Source of the DNA: Thermodesulfobacteriota bacterium
GTDB lineage: Bacteria; Desulfobacterota; Desulfobacteria; Desulfobacterales; SURF-7
Length of the DNA: 47,649 bases
Reading direction: 5' to 3'
Assembly: GCA_049320885.1 (NCBI GenBank)
Contig: JBMORA010000060.1
Location: forward strand, 1-47,649
Shown: positions 8,747 to 19,055 of the stretch, piece by piece
Numbering within the stretch: the stretch's first letter is position 1
Layout of the letters: each line of letters begins with the position of its first letter
Made by a program: the position numbers and the translations under genes
The notes under the pieces: generated by a model
Seen by the model: only the letters and a program-made list of their open reading frames with translations
What the model was told of the DNA's origin: nothing
Databases searched by the model: none

Positions 8747-10942
8747 TTATATTTGTCCGGCCTGCTTCAATGCCAGGACAACGATTTTCTGCATCATGCG
8801 CTCCTGACGGTTGGTGGGTTTGTCCAATTGCATCCGCTCCAGATATTTCCTGGCAGACTCCGGCACGGCGGAAACCAGTTGCCCCACCAATCCCGGCAGA
8901 ACCGCCATCTTGCTCTCCGCTGCTTTTTCCTTGAATTCCCGCAGGGACTTGCCGATGACGATTTCCTCGTCGGTAAACGCAGTCCCGAAGGGAAAAACCG
9001 GAAAGAGTTTTTTCTCCTTGTAGGACGCCAGGGCCTTTTCCAGACGCTCCGGATAATTGTTGCGGAATCGGTCCGGGATCTGATAATCCGCCGGAATTTT
9101 CTTGGCCTGTTTGGCCCGTTGCAACAACCCTTCCTGAAAACGGGAATCGGTCACGTTCAGCAGCGCGCAGATTACGTTTTTATCGCTCCGCCCCCGCAGA
9201 TCGGCGATCCCGTATTCGGTTACGATAATGTCCCGCAGATGCCGGGGAACCGTGGTATGGCCGTAATTGAACACCACGTTCGAGCTGACCTCCTTGCCTT
9301 TGGCCCGCGTGCTGCGGATCATCAGGACCCCCCGGGCATCCTCGATGGCATGGGCCTGGGCCACGAAATTGTACTGCCCGCCGACGCCGCTGATCACCCG
9401 CAGGTCCTCCAGCCCGTCGGAAACCACGGCGCCGGACAGCATGACCATCAGACCGGCGTTGATAAACCGGGCGTCCTTGCGCTGGAGCAGCTTCAGTTCC
9501 TCGCAGGAATAGGGATTGTTGCCGTACAGCTGATTGGTATTGAGCACGCTGGTCATGTTGATCTGCATGCGCTCCTCTTCGGACATATTGTTCAGCATGT
9601 CATAGAAATCCGGCGGCCCCAGGAAGAAGCCGGCATGCATCCAAAAACCGTCCTTCATCTGCTTGCCAAGGCAGGACTGGAAAAGCCGGTCCTTGCTGTT
9701 GGCATCCCGCAGATCGGCCGCAAAGCGATCCTTGCCATTGACGATCTCGCCGTTTTCATAGGTCAATTCGGCTTTCAGGATGCCGTATTCCTGCAGGAAA
9801 TTGAAATCCTTTTGCGTCAATTTGGGATGAATGGCGCCCTGTTCGGCCAGCATTTCGATGATCTGGGGGGTCACTTTCTGCTTGACCTGAATTTTCCCCT
9901 CATTCAGCAGTTTCTGCAGCGGAATGTTGTCATACACCTTCCGCTTCATGATTCCGGCTTTGTAAAGGTGTAAAAACGCATCCACGAGCATTTCCGTGGA
10001 ACCGTAAATCCCCTTGTCGAAAACGCCCGATCCGCCCACCCGGGTGATGATATCACTGAATTTTTCAAAAACATTCAGATCTTGTAACACATTGTTATAT
10101 ATATCGTTTTGAAGATGGCGCATCTGCAACCCATAGGCGATGGCATCCCCCAGGGACCCGATGCCGATCTGCAGGGTTCCGCCGTCCTTGATCAGGCTGC
10201 TGGCGTGCATGCCGATGACGTAATCGATGGCGGTAACGGGCTCGCGGGGAGCCCCGAACAGGCTGAAATGCAGCTCCGGAGCCTCCAATACGGCGTCGAA
10301 ACAGTCCGGGCTGATGACGGCATCCCCGTACATGAACGGCAGGTTGTTGTTCACCTGTCCGATGGCCGCCACCCGCCGGCCTTCCTTGCGCTGACGTTCG
10401 ATTTCCCGGAAAGCATCCAGGGCGGTGTCCGAATTGGAACTCATGCTGAACATGGGCTTGCCGTTGAGCATTTTTTTGGCCACCAGCTGGCCGCCCACAT
10501 TCATGCCGTTGTCCCGGACGTCGCGGGCCGCATGGGTGTAGTTGGTGCTGGTGTAATTCTGCTGCATGTGTTCATTGTCGAGGTATCCGCCGGCCTTGTA
10601 AAAAAATTCGCTCACCTCCACATTGGGCGGCAGCTCTTTCTTGCGCACGGCGGTAATGTAGTCCAGATTGACATAGCCCTTCCACACGCGTTGCACCAGC
10701 GGCTCCAGAAACCTTCTTTCCAGATCGCTGGACCAGGTGGGCGGCTCCAACGAAAGCGCCGTCAAGATCCGCAGCCTGAGATTCGGGTCTTCCTTGGCCC
10801 GCTTGTAAATGGCATTGGCGAAATGGTTGGGTTTGCCTAGTCCCAAGCACATCCCCAGGGTGATGTTCTTCCCGACCTTATCGATGACAAAATCGACAAG
10901 CTTATCGGGGTCGGTGAAATAGATCGGTCTATCGTTTTTCAT
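8747..10942 (-). CDS. Acetyl-CoA hydrolase/transferase family protein (long form)
   Basis: LGLGKPN, NYTHAARD, DGGTLQIGIGSLGDA, SGVGGQYNFV, PRHLRDIIVTEYGIADLRG. Start set at ATG 10942 after GGGGGA. Confidence 0.9.
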   Translation of the reverse strand: MKNDRPIYFTDPDKLVDFVIDKVGKNITLGMCLGLGKPNHFANAIYKRAKEDPNLRLRILTALSLEPPTWSSDLERRFLEPLVQRVWKGYVNLDYITAVRKKELPPNVEVSEFFYKAGGYLDNEHMQQNYTSTNYTHAARDVRDNGMNVGGQLVAKKMLNGKPMFSMSSNSDTALDAFREIERQRKEGRRVAAIGQVNNNLPFMYGDAVISPDCFDAVLEAPELHFSLFGAPREPVTAIDYVIGMHASSLIKDGGTLQIGIGSLGDAIAYGLQMRHLQNDIYNNVLQDLNVFEKFSDIITRVGGSGVFDKGIYGSTEMLVDAFLHLYKAGIMKRKVYDNIPLQKLLNEGKIQVKQKVTPQIIEMLAEQGAIHPKLTQKDFNFLQEYGILKAELTYENGEIVNGKDRFAADLRDANSKDRLFQSCLGKQMKDGFWMHAGFFLGPPDFYDMLNNMSEEERMQINMTSVLNTNQLYGNNPYSCEELKLLQRKDARFINAGLMVMLSGAVVSDGLEDLRVISGVGGQYNFVAQAHAIEDARGVLMIRSTRAKGKEVSSNVVFNYGHTTVPRHLRDIIVTEYGIADLRGRSDKNVICALLNVTDSRFQEGLLQRAKQAKKIPADYQIPDRFRNNYPERLEKALASYKEKKLFPVFPFGTAFTDEEIVIGKSLREFKEKAAESKMAVLPGLVGQLVSAVPESARKYLERMQLDKPTNRQERMMQKIVVLALKQAGQI

Positions 10943-11396
10943 ACTGCTTCCCCCCATTGTTTGATCATATGCACATCTTAATTTCGATATCAATTCAATA
11001 TATTATTAGATTCATTCTTCGGCTCACGATCCGGAACAGATGGCTCGGTCGAAAAACAATGTTTTGACGATATTTCTGCATGACCATTATCTGTCGGTTT
11101 CCCCGGAAATCGCCCTGCCAGCGGCTTTCCCAACTACCGGCGGCATCGGAGCCGCCATCGAAATCGCACGCAGGTGGATCCCGACTAAAATTTTTTTATA
11201 TAAAAAATGAATTGTTAAAAGTCAATCAAATGAATGAAAAATTTATCGTCCGTGATCATTTTGACCCGTTGACCAGGGGTCTTTCCCGTTCCGGGAAATG
11301 ATGGTCAAGAAATCATAAATATGATATGATAACCGATAAAATGCCGGCTCCACCCACCGCAACCGGATCCGGGGCCGGTCACCGGAGTGTCCGCTC

Positions 11397-11882
11397 ATGA
11401 AAAACAATTTACCAACCCATATCGGGAAATTACAGGAAAGAATCATTGAATTTCTCATCAAGATCCCCTTGTTTGACCGTTTGGATGCAACCGAGCTGCA
11501 GCTCATCGCCCACCACATGAATTTTTTTGAAATCCAAAAAAACGCCGTGCTTTTCAATGAAGGCGACAAGGGCGATTACGTGTGTTTCATCGTGGACGGT
11601 CAGCTCGATGTCATCAAGGAGTCCGCCAGCGGACAGCCGGTGGTGATCGCGACCCTTTCCAAAGGTCGGACCATCGGGGAAATGTCCATTATCGACAACA
11701 CCCCGCGTTCGGCCACCATCAAGGCAAAATCCGACGCCACCCTGGTTTCGCTTACCGGGAAGGGGCTGGAATCCATCTTGCAGAATCAACCCCAGATCGG
11801 CATCAAAATTTTGAAAGGCCTGGCGCGGTTGTTGAGCATGAATATGCGGAAAACCTCCAGCCAGCTGGCGGATAACATGTGA
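11397..11882 (+). CDS. Stand-alone cyclic nucleotide-binding domain protein
   Basis: LFNEGDKGD, GEMSIIDNTPRSAT. No HTH domain. Confidence 0.9.
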   Translation: MKNNLPTHIGKLQERIIEFLIKIPLFDRLDATELQLIAHHMNFFEIQKNAVLFNEGDKGDYVCFIVDGQLDVIKESASGQPVVIATLSKGRTIGEMSIIDNTPRSATIKAKSDATLVSLTGKGLESILQNQPQIGIKILKGLARLLSMNMRKTSSQLADNM

Positions 11883-12820
11883 TGTCGGCTCCCCAAGAAA
11901 CCGTTATGCGGCAGCCACCCGATCCGGAGAGACCCCTGCGGAGATTTTTGTCAGCCATGCTTATGAAAATCATTTTCTGGACGTCCGTATTGTATCTGAC
12001 CTATTGCTTCGCCGTTTACTTTCTGCAGCGCCAGATACTGTTTCCGATCCGCATGCTGGAAAAACCGCCGGCGCCGGTGCTGTCCGGGGGAATCGAACAA
12101 CGGAAACTCAGCATGCCGTTCGGAACGGTGGAGGCCTGGTTCATGCCGGCGGAAGGAAATCGGACCGGGCCGCCGGCGCCGGCGGTTCTTTTCGCCCATG
12201 GCAACGGCGAACTGATCGATTACTGGCCGGCCTTTTTCACGCCCCTCACCCAAATCGGAGTGGGCGTTCTGCTGGTGGAATATCCCGGATACGGACGCTC
12301 CGAAGGAACCCCTTCCCAGGAAACCATTCGGGAAACCTTCGCCGTCGCCCATGAATGGCTGCTGTCCAGACCCGACGTGGACCGGAACCGAATCATCCTC
12401 ATGGGGCGCTCCCTGGGCGGAGGCGCCGTCTGCTCCATAGCCGGCTCCCATGATAGCTGCGCCATGATTCTCATGTCCGCCTTTACCGGCGTTCGGGCTT
12501 ATACTTCCAAATACCTGTTGCCGCCCTTTTGCATCCGGGATCCGTTCGACAACCTGACGGCGGTTTCGAAGTATTCCCACCCCCTGCTGGTGGTTCACGG
12601 CAGAAACGACCAGGTGGTTCCGTATTCCCATGGCCGCCGACTGCACCAGGCGGCGATCACCGCTGAATTGATCACCTATGAAAGCGATCACAACGATTGT
12701 CCTCCGGACGCCCGGATCTTCTGGCGCGACGTGGAAAAATTCCTTTATCGGCACGATATTCTGCCGGATGTCCGGACAACGGATACCCCCGGGACGCTGC
12801 CGGAAGCGGCATCGAAATGA
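11879..12820 (+). CDS. Alpha/beta hydrolase (start uncertain)
   Basis: FAHGNGE, EYPGYGRSEG, GRSLGG nucleophile elbow, HGRND, HND. Confidence 0.9.
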   Translation: MMSAPQETVMRQPPDPERPLRRFLSAMLMKIIFWTSVLYLTYCFAVYFLQRQILFPIRMLEKPPAPVLSGGIEQRKLSMPFGTVEAWFMPAEGNRTGPPAPAVLFAHGNGELIDYWPAFFTPLTQIGVGVLLVEYPGYGRSEGTPSQETIRETFAVAHEWLLSRPDVDRNRIILMGRSLGGGAVCSIAGSHDSCAMILMSAFTGVRAYTSKYLLPPFCIRDPFDNLTAVSKYSHPLLVVHGRNDQVVPYSHGRRLHQAAITAELITYESDHNDCPPDARIFWRDVEKFLYRHDILPDVRTTDTPGTLPEAASK

Positions 12821-12893
12821 CAGCCGCCCGTGAGGGGGCCGACATGCCTATTGACTTTTGATGAATTAGCCCACACTATGCGGCTCATCCATT

Positions 12894-14486
12894 GTGACCA
12901 TCGGATCGAACCACAACCAGGAGCAGCCATCGTTGAATCGGACTATTTATCCCGCCCCTTTTCGTTCCGCAGGCCCCGTGATCCAGGCAAAACGCTTTCT
13001 GCTGACAATTCTCCTGCTGGCTACCGCGCTCTTTTCCCCGGCTCAGGCGGAAAAAACCAATCATGAAAAATCCGTCCGCGAGGCCATTGTAAAAATTTTC
13101 ACCACCGTCAATATCCCGGACTATTACAATCCCTGGCGCATGTTCGAAGCCCACGCCATGAGAGGATCGGGGGCCATCATTTCCGGGCATCGAATTCTGA
13201 CCAATGCCCACATCATCGCCAACCAGACCTTTATTCAGGTCCGCCGCTACGGCCAGGCCAAACGGTACAATGCCAGAATCGTATCCGTATCCCATGAGGC
13301 CGACCTCGCCATCCTCACGGTGGACGACCCCGTCTTCTTTACCGATGTCACGCCCCTGGAACTGGGAGAACTACCCTCCTCCAACCAGGAGGTTCTGGTA
13401 TTCGGCTTCCCCTTCGGCGGGGACTCCCTCAGCATCACCAAGGGAATCATGTCCCGCATCGAGCATCAATTCTACGAGCACAGCAGCGGATATTTTCTCA
13501 CCGGCCAAATGGATGCGGCCATCAATCCGGGCAACAGCGGAGGTCCGGTGATGGTCAAGGACCGGATCGTGGGCGTGGTGATGCAGAACTCCAACCCGAG
13601 CGAATCGGAAAATATCGGTTACATGGTCCCGGCACCCATTGTTCGTCATTTCCTGCAGGATATGGAAGATGGCCGTTACGACGGGTTTCCGGATCTGGGC
13701 ATCGAAACCCAGAAAATGGAAAACCCCAGCATGAAGGCAAAGCACCTGGTCCCCCGGGATGTAACCGGCGTTTTCGTGGTGCATGTCCACCTGGGTTCTC
13801 CCGCAGAACACATCGTCTGCGACGGCGATGTCTTGACCGCCGTGGACGGCCACACCATCGCCGATGACGGCACGGTGGAATTCCGGCCGAAGGAACGTAC
13901 TCATTATTATTACTATATCGACTGTCACCAACTAGGGGAGAAAGTCCGGCTGGATATCCTGCGTCAAGGCGTCCCTCACGCCTTCACCTTATCCCTCACC
14001 CGCACCCAAAAGGACTTTCTTTTGGTGCCGGCGGAGCAATATGACCAGCCGCCGCGGTATATGATTTTCGGCGGAATCGTCTTCAGCCCGCTCACCAAGA
14101 ATCTGATCAAGCGCTGGGGAGCCAGCTGGATTACCAGCGCGCCCAGTGAGTTCCTCGTGGAAATGGGCAATTGGAAAACACCGCAAAAAAGGGAAGCCGT
14201 GGTGGCCATCCAAATCCTGGCGGGGGACGTGAACATCGGTTATCATGACCTCGCCGCCTGGAGCGTCGCCAAGGTCAATGGACAGCCGTTTCCGGATTTT
14301 GATCATTTTCAGCGGCTGGTCATGAACTCCGGAAGCCCGTATGTCGTCTTCGAAAACAGGAAAGGCTTTCAGCTCGTCATCGATCGGCGGCAGGCCATGG
14401 AAACCCATGCGGATTTATTGCGACGGCATCGCGTGCAGCCGGATCCGTCGCCGGATCTCCCGGCTCCGCCGCCTCAGCGCCCGTGA
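12894..14486 (+). CDS. Deg/HtrA-type serine protease with PDZ domains (start possibly GTG 12978)
   Basis: TNAH, EADLAIL and AAINPGNSGGP triad motifs. Signal peptide. Confidence 0.92.
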   Translation: MTIGSNHNQEQPSLNRTIYPAPFRSAGPVIQAKRFLLTILLLATALFSPAQAEKTNHEKSVREAIVKIFTTVNIPDYYNPWRMFEAHAMRGSGAIISGHRILTNAHIIANQTFIQVRRYGQAKRYNARIVSVSHEADLAILTVDDPVFFTDVTPLELGELPSSNQEVLVFGFPFGGDSLSITKGIMSRIEHQFYEHSSGYFLTGQMDAAINPGNSGGPVMVKDRIVGVVMQNSNPSESENIGYMVPAPIVRHFLQDMEDGRYDGFPDLGIETQKMENPSMKAKHLVPRDVTGVFVVHVHLGSPAEHIVCDGDVLTAVDGHTIADDGTVEFRPKERTHYYYYIDCHQLGEKVRLDILRQGVPHAFTLSLTRTQKDFLLVPAEQYDQPPRYMIFGGIVFSPLTKNLIKRWGASWITSAPSEFLVEMGNWKTPQKREAVVAIQILAGDVNIGYHDLAAWSVAKVNGQPFPDFDHFQRLVMNSGSPYVVFENRKGFQLVIDRRQAMETHADLLRRHRVQPDPSPDLPAPPPQRP

Positions 14487-14489
14487 TCC

Positions 14490-15032
14490 TTAAAAGGACT
14501 CCTGGTGCGTGAATTCGTTGACTTCCCTTCTTTTTGGAGGAGCAGGCGTTTTGGCCGGATACCCCATGGGAATCAGGACAGCCAGTTCATACCCGTCCGG
14601 AACAGAAAGCGCCTCCTTGGCCTTGTCATGATCGAGCAGTCCCACGACAACCGTGCCGAGGCCCAATGAATGGGCCCTCAAACAAAGGCTCTGGGTGGCG
14701 ATTCCCAGATCGAACAGCAGCCAGTCGCCGAATTTGGTCGTCACGACTCCGTCATAGTAGCCGGAGCTCTTGACTTTGCCGCACAAGGCCAGGACCACCG
14801 GGGCATCTCCTATGGCCCTGGTGGCGGGATTTTTGGGGAAAATGGTCGCCTGAAGTTTTTCCTTCCGCCCCGGGTCTGTAACGACTACAACTTCCCAGCA
14901 CTGGGTGTTTGCCCAGGATTGCGACCATTGAACAGCTTCCAGGACCTGTTGAATCAATTCCTGGGGGACTTTCTTGTCTTCATATCTGCGAATACTTCTC
15001 CGGGTTTTCAACAATTCCATAAATTCCGCCAT
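14490..15032 (-). CDS. Nitroreductase family protein
   Basis: TRRSIRRY, SWANTQCW, DLGIATQSLCLRAHSLGLGT, MGYP. RBS AAGGAGG. Confidence 0.92.
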   Translation of the reverse strand: MAEFMELLKTRRSIRRYEDKKVPQELIQQVLEAVQWSQSWANTQCWEVVVVTDPGRKEKLQATIFPKNPATRAIGDAPVVLALCGKVKSSGYYDGVVTTKFGDWLLFDLGIATQSLCLRAHSLGLGTVVVGLLDHDKAKEALSVPDGYELAVLIPMGYPAKTPAPPKRREVNEFTHQESF

Positions 15033-15053
15033 GGTCATCCTCCTTGCCGCCGA

Positions 15054-15887
15054 TCAGTGTTCATTCCCATCCGGTTTATGTTCCGTTTTCGTGTCTTCCT
15101 TTTTCGCCTGTTGGACAAACGCTTCCGCGTTTTTGTAATCAGCCGTCACGATGACATTTTTAATGGCCACCGCCTTCAATCTCCCGCCGAAATACGGCCG
15201 GAGAATCTGAAAAAGTTTTTCGCTCAACCCCCCGATCTTCGCCAGTGTATTCACATCCGCGTAGGAAAGGGTGCTGATATGCAGCAAGGCCGCTTCATGG
15301 GCCCTTGGATGCAATCCGGGTTCGGCCTTGCCCGAAACGTCGGTTTTCATGGTCAGCTCCAGTTCCACACAGAGATACTTCGGCGGGGCGCGGCGGGAGG
15401 CCTGAAACAGATTCACCACCATGGGCTTCATGACGATGGTGGTGGTCTTTTCGTGTTTTTTTTCCTGTTTTTCGCTTTCGAGATTCCGGAATTCTTGGAC
15501 CGTTCCATCTTCCCGGGCCAGTTTCAACAGGGACGGCGACGCTTCCAGAACTTGAAAATCGACGGTTTTGCCTTTAGCCCAGCCCCCCTCCGTTCCATCC
15601 TCGGCCGGCGTGATGTGGATCGCTCCTTCGGTGACGGTCCAGGTCCCGTTCACTTTTTCCTTTCCCTCACTGCCTTTCCCCGAGGGTTTATCCACCTGGC
15701 TCTCTCCCAGGAATGCTCCGTCCTTCCGAAACCTCAAGGTGGTATGTTTTTTTTCACTGGTATGGCGCCAGTTTCCCGCATAGCGTTGATCCAGGGTCGC
15801 TTTGTCCTCCCCGCATCCGGCCGTGAACCCTATAACCAGGAAACCGATGAGGAAGGCTGCGGATCCACGTGAAAGAAATACACGCAT
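15054..15887 (-). CDS. Lipoprotein with N-terminal beta domain and C-terminal FliL-like domain
   Basis: Lipobox TAGC. C-terminal MKPMVVNL..KYLCVELEL..PRAHEAALLHIS..IKNVIV resembles FliL. Confidence 0.7.
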   Translation of the reverse strand: MRVFLSRGSAAFLIGFLVIGFTAGCGEDKATLDQRYAGNWRHTSEKKHTTLRFRKDGAFLGESQVDKPSGKGSEGKEKVNGTWTVTEGAIHITPAEDGTEGGWAKGKTVDFQVLEASPSLLKLAREDGTVQEFRNLESEKQEKKHEKTTTIVMKPMVVNLFQASRRAPPKYLCVELELTMKTDVSGKAEPGLHPRAHEAALLHISTLSYADVNTLAKIGGLSEKLFQILRPYFGGRLKAVAIKNVIVTADYKNAEAFVQQAKKEDTKTEHKPDGNEH

Positions 15888-15960
15888 GGTTCGTAACACC
15901 CGTTCATATGATTGACATTCTTTCCAGTTGCAGCAGCAGGGATATCATGACGCCAACCAC

Positions 15961-15995
15961 AAAAAAAGGCAACCCCCCTTTTGGGGGGATTGCCT
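15961..15995 (-). terminator. Intrinsic terminator of the HesB-like gene
   Basis: aggcaacccccc-tttt-ggggggattgcct hairpin with an A7 run on + (U-tract on -). Confidence 0.8.
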
Positions 15996-16019
15996 GCATT
16001 TTTAAAAGGGTCGATACGG

Positions 16020-16334
16020 TCAGGAACAGCAGGATTTCGTGGTCCCGCAGCTGGAACAGCCGGATTTCAGATCAATGCTCGACGTGATGCTGAATCCGAA
16101 GCCCCCGAAATCAACCTTGATGGGCTGGGCTTTTTTCATGAAATTTGTATCGACGATAAAGGTGAATTTATCGATATTATAGACTTGGTCGGTTTCCTTG
16201 GTCTCATCCAGAGCCATTGCCAGGGACGGTCCGCCTCACCCGCCTTCATTCAGAAAAATCCGGATCGGTTTGATCTGCTTGTCTCGGAAATACTCACCGA
16301 TCTGTTGCTGGGCCAACGCCGTTACTTCAACCAT
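16020..16334 (-). CDS. HesB/IscA-like selenoprotein (in-frame UGA at codon 33)
   Basis: RBS AGGAGG, ATG 16334. Reads MVEVTALAQQQIGEYFRDKQIKPIRIFLNEGG-TGA(16236..16238)-GGPSLAMALDE...GCSSCGTTKSCCS in a single frame, 104 codons. Confidence 0.88.
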
Positions 16335-16408
16335 GATTACCTCCTGATAACCGGCCTGCTTATAATCCCCAGGCCTTTCGTGATGGATAAACTGACTTCA
16401 TGATTGAA

Positions 16409-16437
16409 ATTCTAGGCATTCCGTCACAGGTTGTCAA
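16409..16437 (-). promoter_or_regulatory. sigma-70 promoter of the HesB-like gene
   Basis: Minus strand TTGACA-17 bp-TAGAAT. Confidence 0.7.
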
Positions 16438-16463
16438 ACAAATAATTCCACAAATAATTCCAC
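16438..16463. repeat. 12-bp tandem direct repeat (acaaataattcc x2)
   Basis: Exact duplication abutting the -35 box. Confidence 0.8.
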
Positions 16464-16473
16464 GGCCGCTGTT

Positions 16474-17010
16474 TCAGGTTTCCGACGATCGCTCCAGGCA
16501 TTGTCGATACACCTGGTAATGGGATTCGGAAAAAAGGACGAAAAACACCCGCTGGATGCCAGCGGACGAAACGAGATGCCGGTGGACCGCATCCATCGCG
16601 ATCCGGGCCGCGTCTTCAATGGGATATCCATACACGCCACAGCTGACCGCCGGGAAAGCGATGGTTTTGATGCCGTTTTCATCGGCCAGCCGCAGGCAAT
16701 TGACATAACATGCGGTCAGCAGGCGGGCGCATTCCTCGGCTTTCAAACGATTGTATACCGGACCCACCGTGTGAATGACATAGGTCGCCGGCAATCGATA
16801 TCCCCCGGTGATCCGAGCTTCACCGGTGGGACATCCGCCGATGGAGCGGCATTCCTCCAGCAATGCCGGTCCAGCTGCCCGGTGAATGGCGCCATCCACG
16901 CCCCCGCCGCCCAGCAGGGAATTGTTGGCGGCATTCACGATGGCGTCCACCGCCATGCGGGTGATATCCCCTTGCACGATTTCGATCCGTTCCATCATGT
17001 CATGCGTCAT
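16474..17010 (-). CDS. ymdB: Macrodomain protein, O-acetyl-ADP-ribose deacetylase
   Basis: GDIT, AIVNAAN, GGGGVDGAIHRAAG, VIHTVGP, AFPAVSCGVYGYP. Confidence 0.92.
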   Translation of the reverse strand: MTHDMMERIEIVQGDITRMAVDAIVNAANNSLLGGGGVDGAIHRAAGPALLEECRSIGGCPTGEARITGGYRLPATYVIHTVGPVYNRLKAEECARLLTACYVNCLRLADENGIKTIAFPAVSCGVYGYPIEDAARIAMDAVHRHLVSSAGIQRVFFVLFSESHYQVYRQCLERSSET

Positions 17011-17021
17011 TCCGCCTCCCC

Positions 17022-17045
17022 AATCTCAAATCTCAAATCTCAAAT
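17022..17045. repeat. Heptamer tandem repeat (aatctca x3.4)
   Basis: Directly visible, intergenic. Confidence 0.75.
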
Positions 17046-17068
17046 TTTCTCCCCCTCCCCCACCCCAC

Positions 17069-17563
17069 TCACAAATCATACAAGGTCTCATCCTTGACAG
17101 GCGCCGGCCGCCTGCCCGGCCTGGTCTTCCCTTTTTTTCCCTCCAGGACGAAGGGTTCCTCCCCTTCGAGTAAATCCCCCATCTCCGCTTCGATGGTATC
17201 CGGATCCTCCCCCTGCTCCATGCGGTTCAGGGCCTCCTGCATGCCCGAGCCGAGTTGCAGACCGGTCATGTCCGAAAGCTTGCGCATCAGATTGGCGGCC
17301 TGACGCGGATCATCCTCGCTGATATGCTCCGCCTCCCTGGCCAGCATTTGCATGGCCTTCTCCATTTTGCCTTCGTCCAGGGGCAGGTCGTCCATGCCGC
17401 CCCGCTCGGGGGCATTCCCGGTAACCGCAAATACGGACATTTGGCGCTCCAGTATATTCGTTTTACATTTCGGGCATTTGGGTTTTTTAGTGGTATTGAT
17501 TGTACTGGAAAAGAAGGTAAAAATCATATGGCAGTTTTGGCAATAAAATTCGTAAATCGGCAT
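17069..17563 (-). CDS. FmdB family zinc-ribbon protein
   Basis: [11 protein letters not shown]...CPKC N-terminus with an acidic helical tail ([13 protein letters not shown]). Confidence 0.88.
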   Translation of the reverse strand: MPIYEFYCQNCHMIFTFFSSTINTTKKPKCPKCKTNILERQMSVFAVTGNAPERGGMDDLPLDEGKMEKAMQMLAREAEHISEDDPRQAANLMRKLSDMTGLQLGSGMQEALNRMEQGEDPDTIEAEMGDLLEGEEPFVLEGKKGKTRPGRRPAPVKDETLYDL

Positions 17564-17807
17564 GGATTCACCTCGGCATGGCAACAAGGGTATCGTAAAG
17601 ACATTCGGCACGGAATATCCGCAGGCCGGAAACCGTTTCAGTAAGTATTCCACCGATAAAAAACTTGTCAAGGGGCTTTTGCGGGGAAAAATGCGGAACC
17701 GGAATGCGGAGCACCCGGCAACCCCGGTCCCATTGCGCATTGACTTGGAAACGGTCATCTGGTATGGCAGCGGGCAATTCATCATCAAACGAAAGGAAGA
17801 AACCACC

Positions 17808-18239
17808 ATGGAAAGAACGTTGTCAATAATCAAACCGGATGGCGTTGAACGCGGACTGATCGGTGAAGTCGTCAAGCGGCTCGAGCAGAAACACCTCTCG
17901 ATCATCGCCATGAAGATGATTCATCTGACCCGGAAACAGGCGGAAGGGTTTTACGCCGTTCACCGGGAGCGTCCGTTTTTCTCCAGCCTGACGGATTTCA
18001 TGTCGTCGGGACCCGTGGTCGTCATGGTTCTGGAAGGCGAAAACGCCATTCAGCGCTATCGGGACCTGATGGGGGCGACCAATTACAAGGAAGCGGCCGA
18101 AGGGACCATCCGCAGGGATTTCGCCACGGACATTGAAAAAAACGTGGTGCACGGTTCCGATGCACCCGCAACCGCTGCTTTTGAAATCAGCTATTTTTTC
18201 AACAGCTTTGAAATTGTCGGCACATGCCGGAAACCGTAA
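17808..18239 (+). CDS. ndk: Nucleoside diphosphate kinase
   Basis: [33 protein letters not shown]. Confidence 0.97.
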   Translation: MERTLSIIKPDGVERGLIGEVVKRLEQKHLSIIAMKMIHLTRKQAEGFYAVHRERPFFSSLTDFMSSGPVVVMVLEGENAIQRYRDLMGATNYKEAAEGTIRRDFATDIEKNVVHGSDAPATAAFEISYFFNSFEIVGTCRKP

Positions 18240-19015
18240 ACCTGGATCATATCGACATTGTCCTGCAGCGGCCCCGGTATCCTGAGAATATCGGTGCCGC
18301 GGTGCGGGCCATGCGCAATATGGGCCTGAGCAGGCTGACCGTGGTGTCGCCCGAAAATTTCGATCTGGACAAGGTCCTGAAAATGGCCACCCATGCCGCG
18401 GCGGACACGGTGGGCCGGATCCAGCTGTTCGACAATCTGGAACAGGCCTTGGCTTCCTATGAGTATGTGGTGGGCACCACGGCCCGGATCGGCAGACAGC
18501 GCAGCGAATACGATACCCCGGCACGCATGGCGGAACGCCTGATCGAGATTTCCCAGAGCAACCGGACCGCCATTTTGTTCGGCCCGGAAGACCGGGGCCT
18601 GACCAATGAAGACCTGCGTTTCTGTCATGCCCTGGTCAGCATCCCCACGGCCGACTTCTCATCCCTGAATCTGTCCCAGGCGGTGATGGTCGTCTGTTAT
18701 GAATTGTTTCTGGCCCGCGAATCCGATTCGAGGCGCTTCACTCCCCGTCTGGCCAACCGTTTCGAACTGGACAACATGTATGCTCATTTGAAGGATATTC
18801 TGATCCGCATCAGTTTCCTCAACCCCTCCAATCCGGAATACTGGCTGAACAATCTGCGCGCCTTTTTCTCCCGCATGCAACTGCGCGCCAAGGATGTCAA
18901 GATGATCAGGGGAATTTGCCGGCAGGTGGATTGGTATGCGGACAAGCGCTATCAGGACGGGCTGGCGGACGGGCGATCCCGAATCCCGTCCGTATCGGAA
19001 CCGCCTTCAAAATAA
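18224..19015 (+). CDS. trmJ: SPOUT RNA methyltransferase, TrmJ/LasT family
   Basis: [40 protein letters not shown]. Confidence 0.85.
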   Translation: MPETVNLDHIDIVLQRPRYPENIGAAVRAMRNMGLSRLTVVSPENFDLDKVLKMATHAAADTVGRIQLFDNLEQALASYEYVVGTTARIGRQRSEYDTPARMAERLIEISQSNRTAILFGPEDRGLTNEDLRFCHALVSIPTADFSSLNLSQAVMVVCYELFLARESDSRRFTPRLANRFELDNMYAHLKDILIRISFLNPSNPEYWLNNLRAFFSRMQLRAKDVKMIRGICRQVDWYADKRYQDGLADGRSRIPSVSEPPSK

Positions 19016-19055
19016 GCCGGTCAACGAGCCCCCGGGAAAAGCCCACCCGCACCGG

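Noticed and set aside
8651..9973. Long antisense ORFs (also 19638..20945, 21184..22749, 37939..38943, 40681..42372) and the alternative-frame ORF 23999..25645
   Set aside because: Shadows of well-supported genes in GC-rich DNA, with no motifs of their own.
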